Positions 61,872 through 64,000 of a DNA stretch of 64,000 nucleotides are shown piece by piece. A model generated the notes under the pieces. It worked only from the letters and a program-made list of their open reading frames with translations. It ran no database searches and was not told where the DNA came from. A program made the position numbers and the translations under genes. This stretch comes from Amoebidium appalachense (lineage: Eukaryota; Protista; Ichthyosporea). Every line of letters begins with the position of its first letter. The first letter of the stretch is position 1. The DNA is taken from NCBI GenBank assembly GCA_963693365.1, contig CAVNZM010000008.1, positions 4,426,310 to 4,490,309 on the forward strand, written 5' to 3'.

Positions 61872-62629
61872 TCACGTCACGAAGGCGCGGTACTGCTGCT
61901 CCGATAAACCTGCAAGCAAACGAAACACGGGTGTTGGTAAGAGGCGGACAATGCAGACAGGGGGGTTCATATAGAACAAAACGGTGGAAGAGAAAACCGA
62001 GGCAGGGTAGTGGTGGTAATGGTGATTTGTGGCTGTGTGTGTTTTTTTTGGGGGGGGGGGGGGGGGGGGAGGGGGGGGGGGGGGGGGGGGGGGGGGGAGG
62101 GGGGGGGGGGGGGGGGGGGGGCAAGGCATGGGGAAATGGTGAGAGGGAAACACAAACACTTGTACTAACATGCACATGGGCACACACATCCTCGTACAAG
62201 CAAACACACATCCCCATGCACAGGCACACACACGCACAGACCGCGACTCACAGGCATAGACACACAACACACACATAACCACACAAATACAAGCCATATA
62301 ATTTGGTACCACACACATCACCCACGCATTCCCACAAAATCCACGCTTCAGATCTCTATCACTTTGCAACAAAAAACAGTAGCACACGCTTCTTACTTCT
62401 TCCACATGCAACACTCCACACATGGGAAAACAGGTACTACCTACCAGTTTGTGCATCATTTTGCAGAGATACCAGGTGAACTGGTGATGGGCACAGACGT
62501 TGTGTACGGAGGTGTTAGGGTGTGGGGAGCAGATAAAGCATCTTCACCCGTGTGGCTGTGGGGGAGGAGTGGATAGTGTTAGATTCTACACGACAAATGA
62601 ACGCGCGGCCGCGAGCATGTGTGTTGAAC

Positions 62630-62668
<39 letters not shown>

Positions 62669-62893
62669 TGTGTGTGTGTCTGTGTGTATGTGTGTCCGTG
62701 TGTGTGTCCGTGTGTTAATGTGCTAGCACACGTGGGTAGGGACATGTGTGGAGGTGGTGATGGTGTGTGCATGCGTGTGTTTGTGTGTGCGTGTACTTGC
62801 GCCTTGGCACCAGTGTCTTTCTCTATTCACTTCCTAGATCATGTGATTTCATGTCTGCTTCTGTGCGCCTTGCACGCGTCTTTATATTTACAT

Positions 62894-62965
<72 letters not shown>

Positions 62966-63417
62966 TGTGTGTCTGTGTGTCTGTGTTTGTGGATGTGTGT
63001 GTGTGCATGCATGTCATCCTGCAAGGTGGTGTCTTGGTACAACCAGATGTTAGTAACCGAGGCACACTGACTAAGGAGACCGCATTCATGTGCACAAAAT
63101 CAGAAAGATACAATGAATGGGGCCATGCACAACAAGAGAAGTGGAGAAAAAGGAGGGATAACGAAGAGGCCCCAAAAAAAGCAGATGGGAAAGAGGGGGA
63201 GGGGGGGGGGGGGGGGGGGGGGGCGGTTGGGTTGGTTGGAGGGGGGGATGCATGTGTATGTTTGTCTCTGCCTCTGGTCTCCCTCCCTTCTTGTCTCTGC
63301 CCCTCCCTTCTTAGTACCTGCCCCCACGGCGTGTGTGTATAGGTGACTGCGTGCTTGAGTGCGGTGGTAGTGGTGAGGGTGGTGGTCGACACATCGGAGA
63401 AAGAGGAAAAGGGGCCG

Positions 63418-63476
<59 letters not shown>

Positions 63477-64000
63477 AAATACCCGTCATCTCCATGATGA
63501 CCCTGACGGAAGTTCTGATGAGGCACAGGGATGAAGTGTGGGTGGGGGCCAGGGTAGAAGGGGGGGTGCATGGGTGGGCCAAAGGCACCCGCCCTCACGT
63601 TTCCGACAACACTCACAGGCATAGGCATAGATGGGTGGAAAGGTAGAAGCCCCGGCAAGCGGTGATTGGGAACAAGCATGTAAAGAACTTTGCCTGCATG
63701 CGGCCCCATGTGGGAACCGGGTGGAAAGTGTGGGTGCATGTGATGCGGTCCGATGGGTATTGGGGGTGAGGGGGTTGCGGAAAGCGAGTGTGTTTGTGCC
63801 TGTGTGTGTGCCTGGTGTTGGTGGTGGTGTTTGTCTGTCGATGTGTCGGAGTAGTAACCCCTCGATGCGCTGGCGCGGTTGGTTCCTTGGGTGGGGGTGG
63901 GTGGGGGTGGTTGCGCGATTATGTCCGATTCGCCGATTTCCAGAATTTCCGTTTCCCATTCTTCATCGTGTGAAGGATCGAATTGTGACTGCTCGCGCAG
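61872..64000 (-). CDS. 3' part of a Pro/His-rich protein of unknown function, running in from the window edge
   Basis: Open frame 64000-63483 (LREQSQFDPSHDEEWETEILEIG...HHMHPHFPPG...HHGDDG, donor GTATTT). An in-phase exon starts at ~62537 (HTGEDALSAPH..). The stop is at 62456, or at 61872 via one more exon (GLSEQQYRAFVT*). Confidence 0.6.

Overview
Intron-dense eukaryotic genomic DNA, not prokaryotic. LACTB and an ABI-like gene are compatible with a protist such as a unicellular holozoan, but the taxon cannot be fixed from sequence alone. Introns are saturated with poly-C/poly-G, (CA/TG)n and (CT/GA)n tracts, so nearly all ORFs in the supplied track are artefacts. I rebuilt genes by hand from GT-AG exons with phase checks: a small signal-peptide membrane gene with an in-frame stop (-), a decayed gypsy-type integrase, a two-RRM protein with a mitochondrial-type presequence (+), a bacterial-like amidohydrolase/lactonase (+), a ~26-exon aspartate kinase fused to a homoserine dehydrogenase domain that has lost its catalytic motifs (-), LACTB, a secreted Cys-rich/acidic protein (+), a 458-bp MITE with an 8-bp TSD, an SH3-less ABI-like protein (+), orphan exons, and the 3' end of a Pro/His-rich gene (-). 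The most striking structure is LACTB: its N-terminal exons (SxxK) lie on the minus strand and its C-terminal exons (YST, HSG) on the plus strand, with a bridging exon and the last exon not found. This could be trans-splicing, a real inversion or a misassembly. A ~100-140 bp intronic repeat family is always in the same orientation relative to the host transcript.
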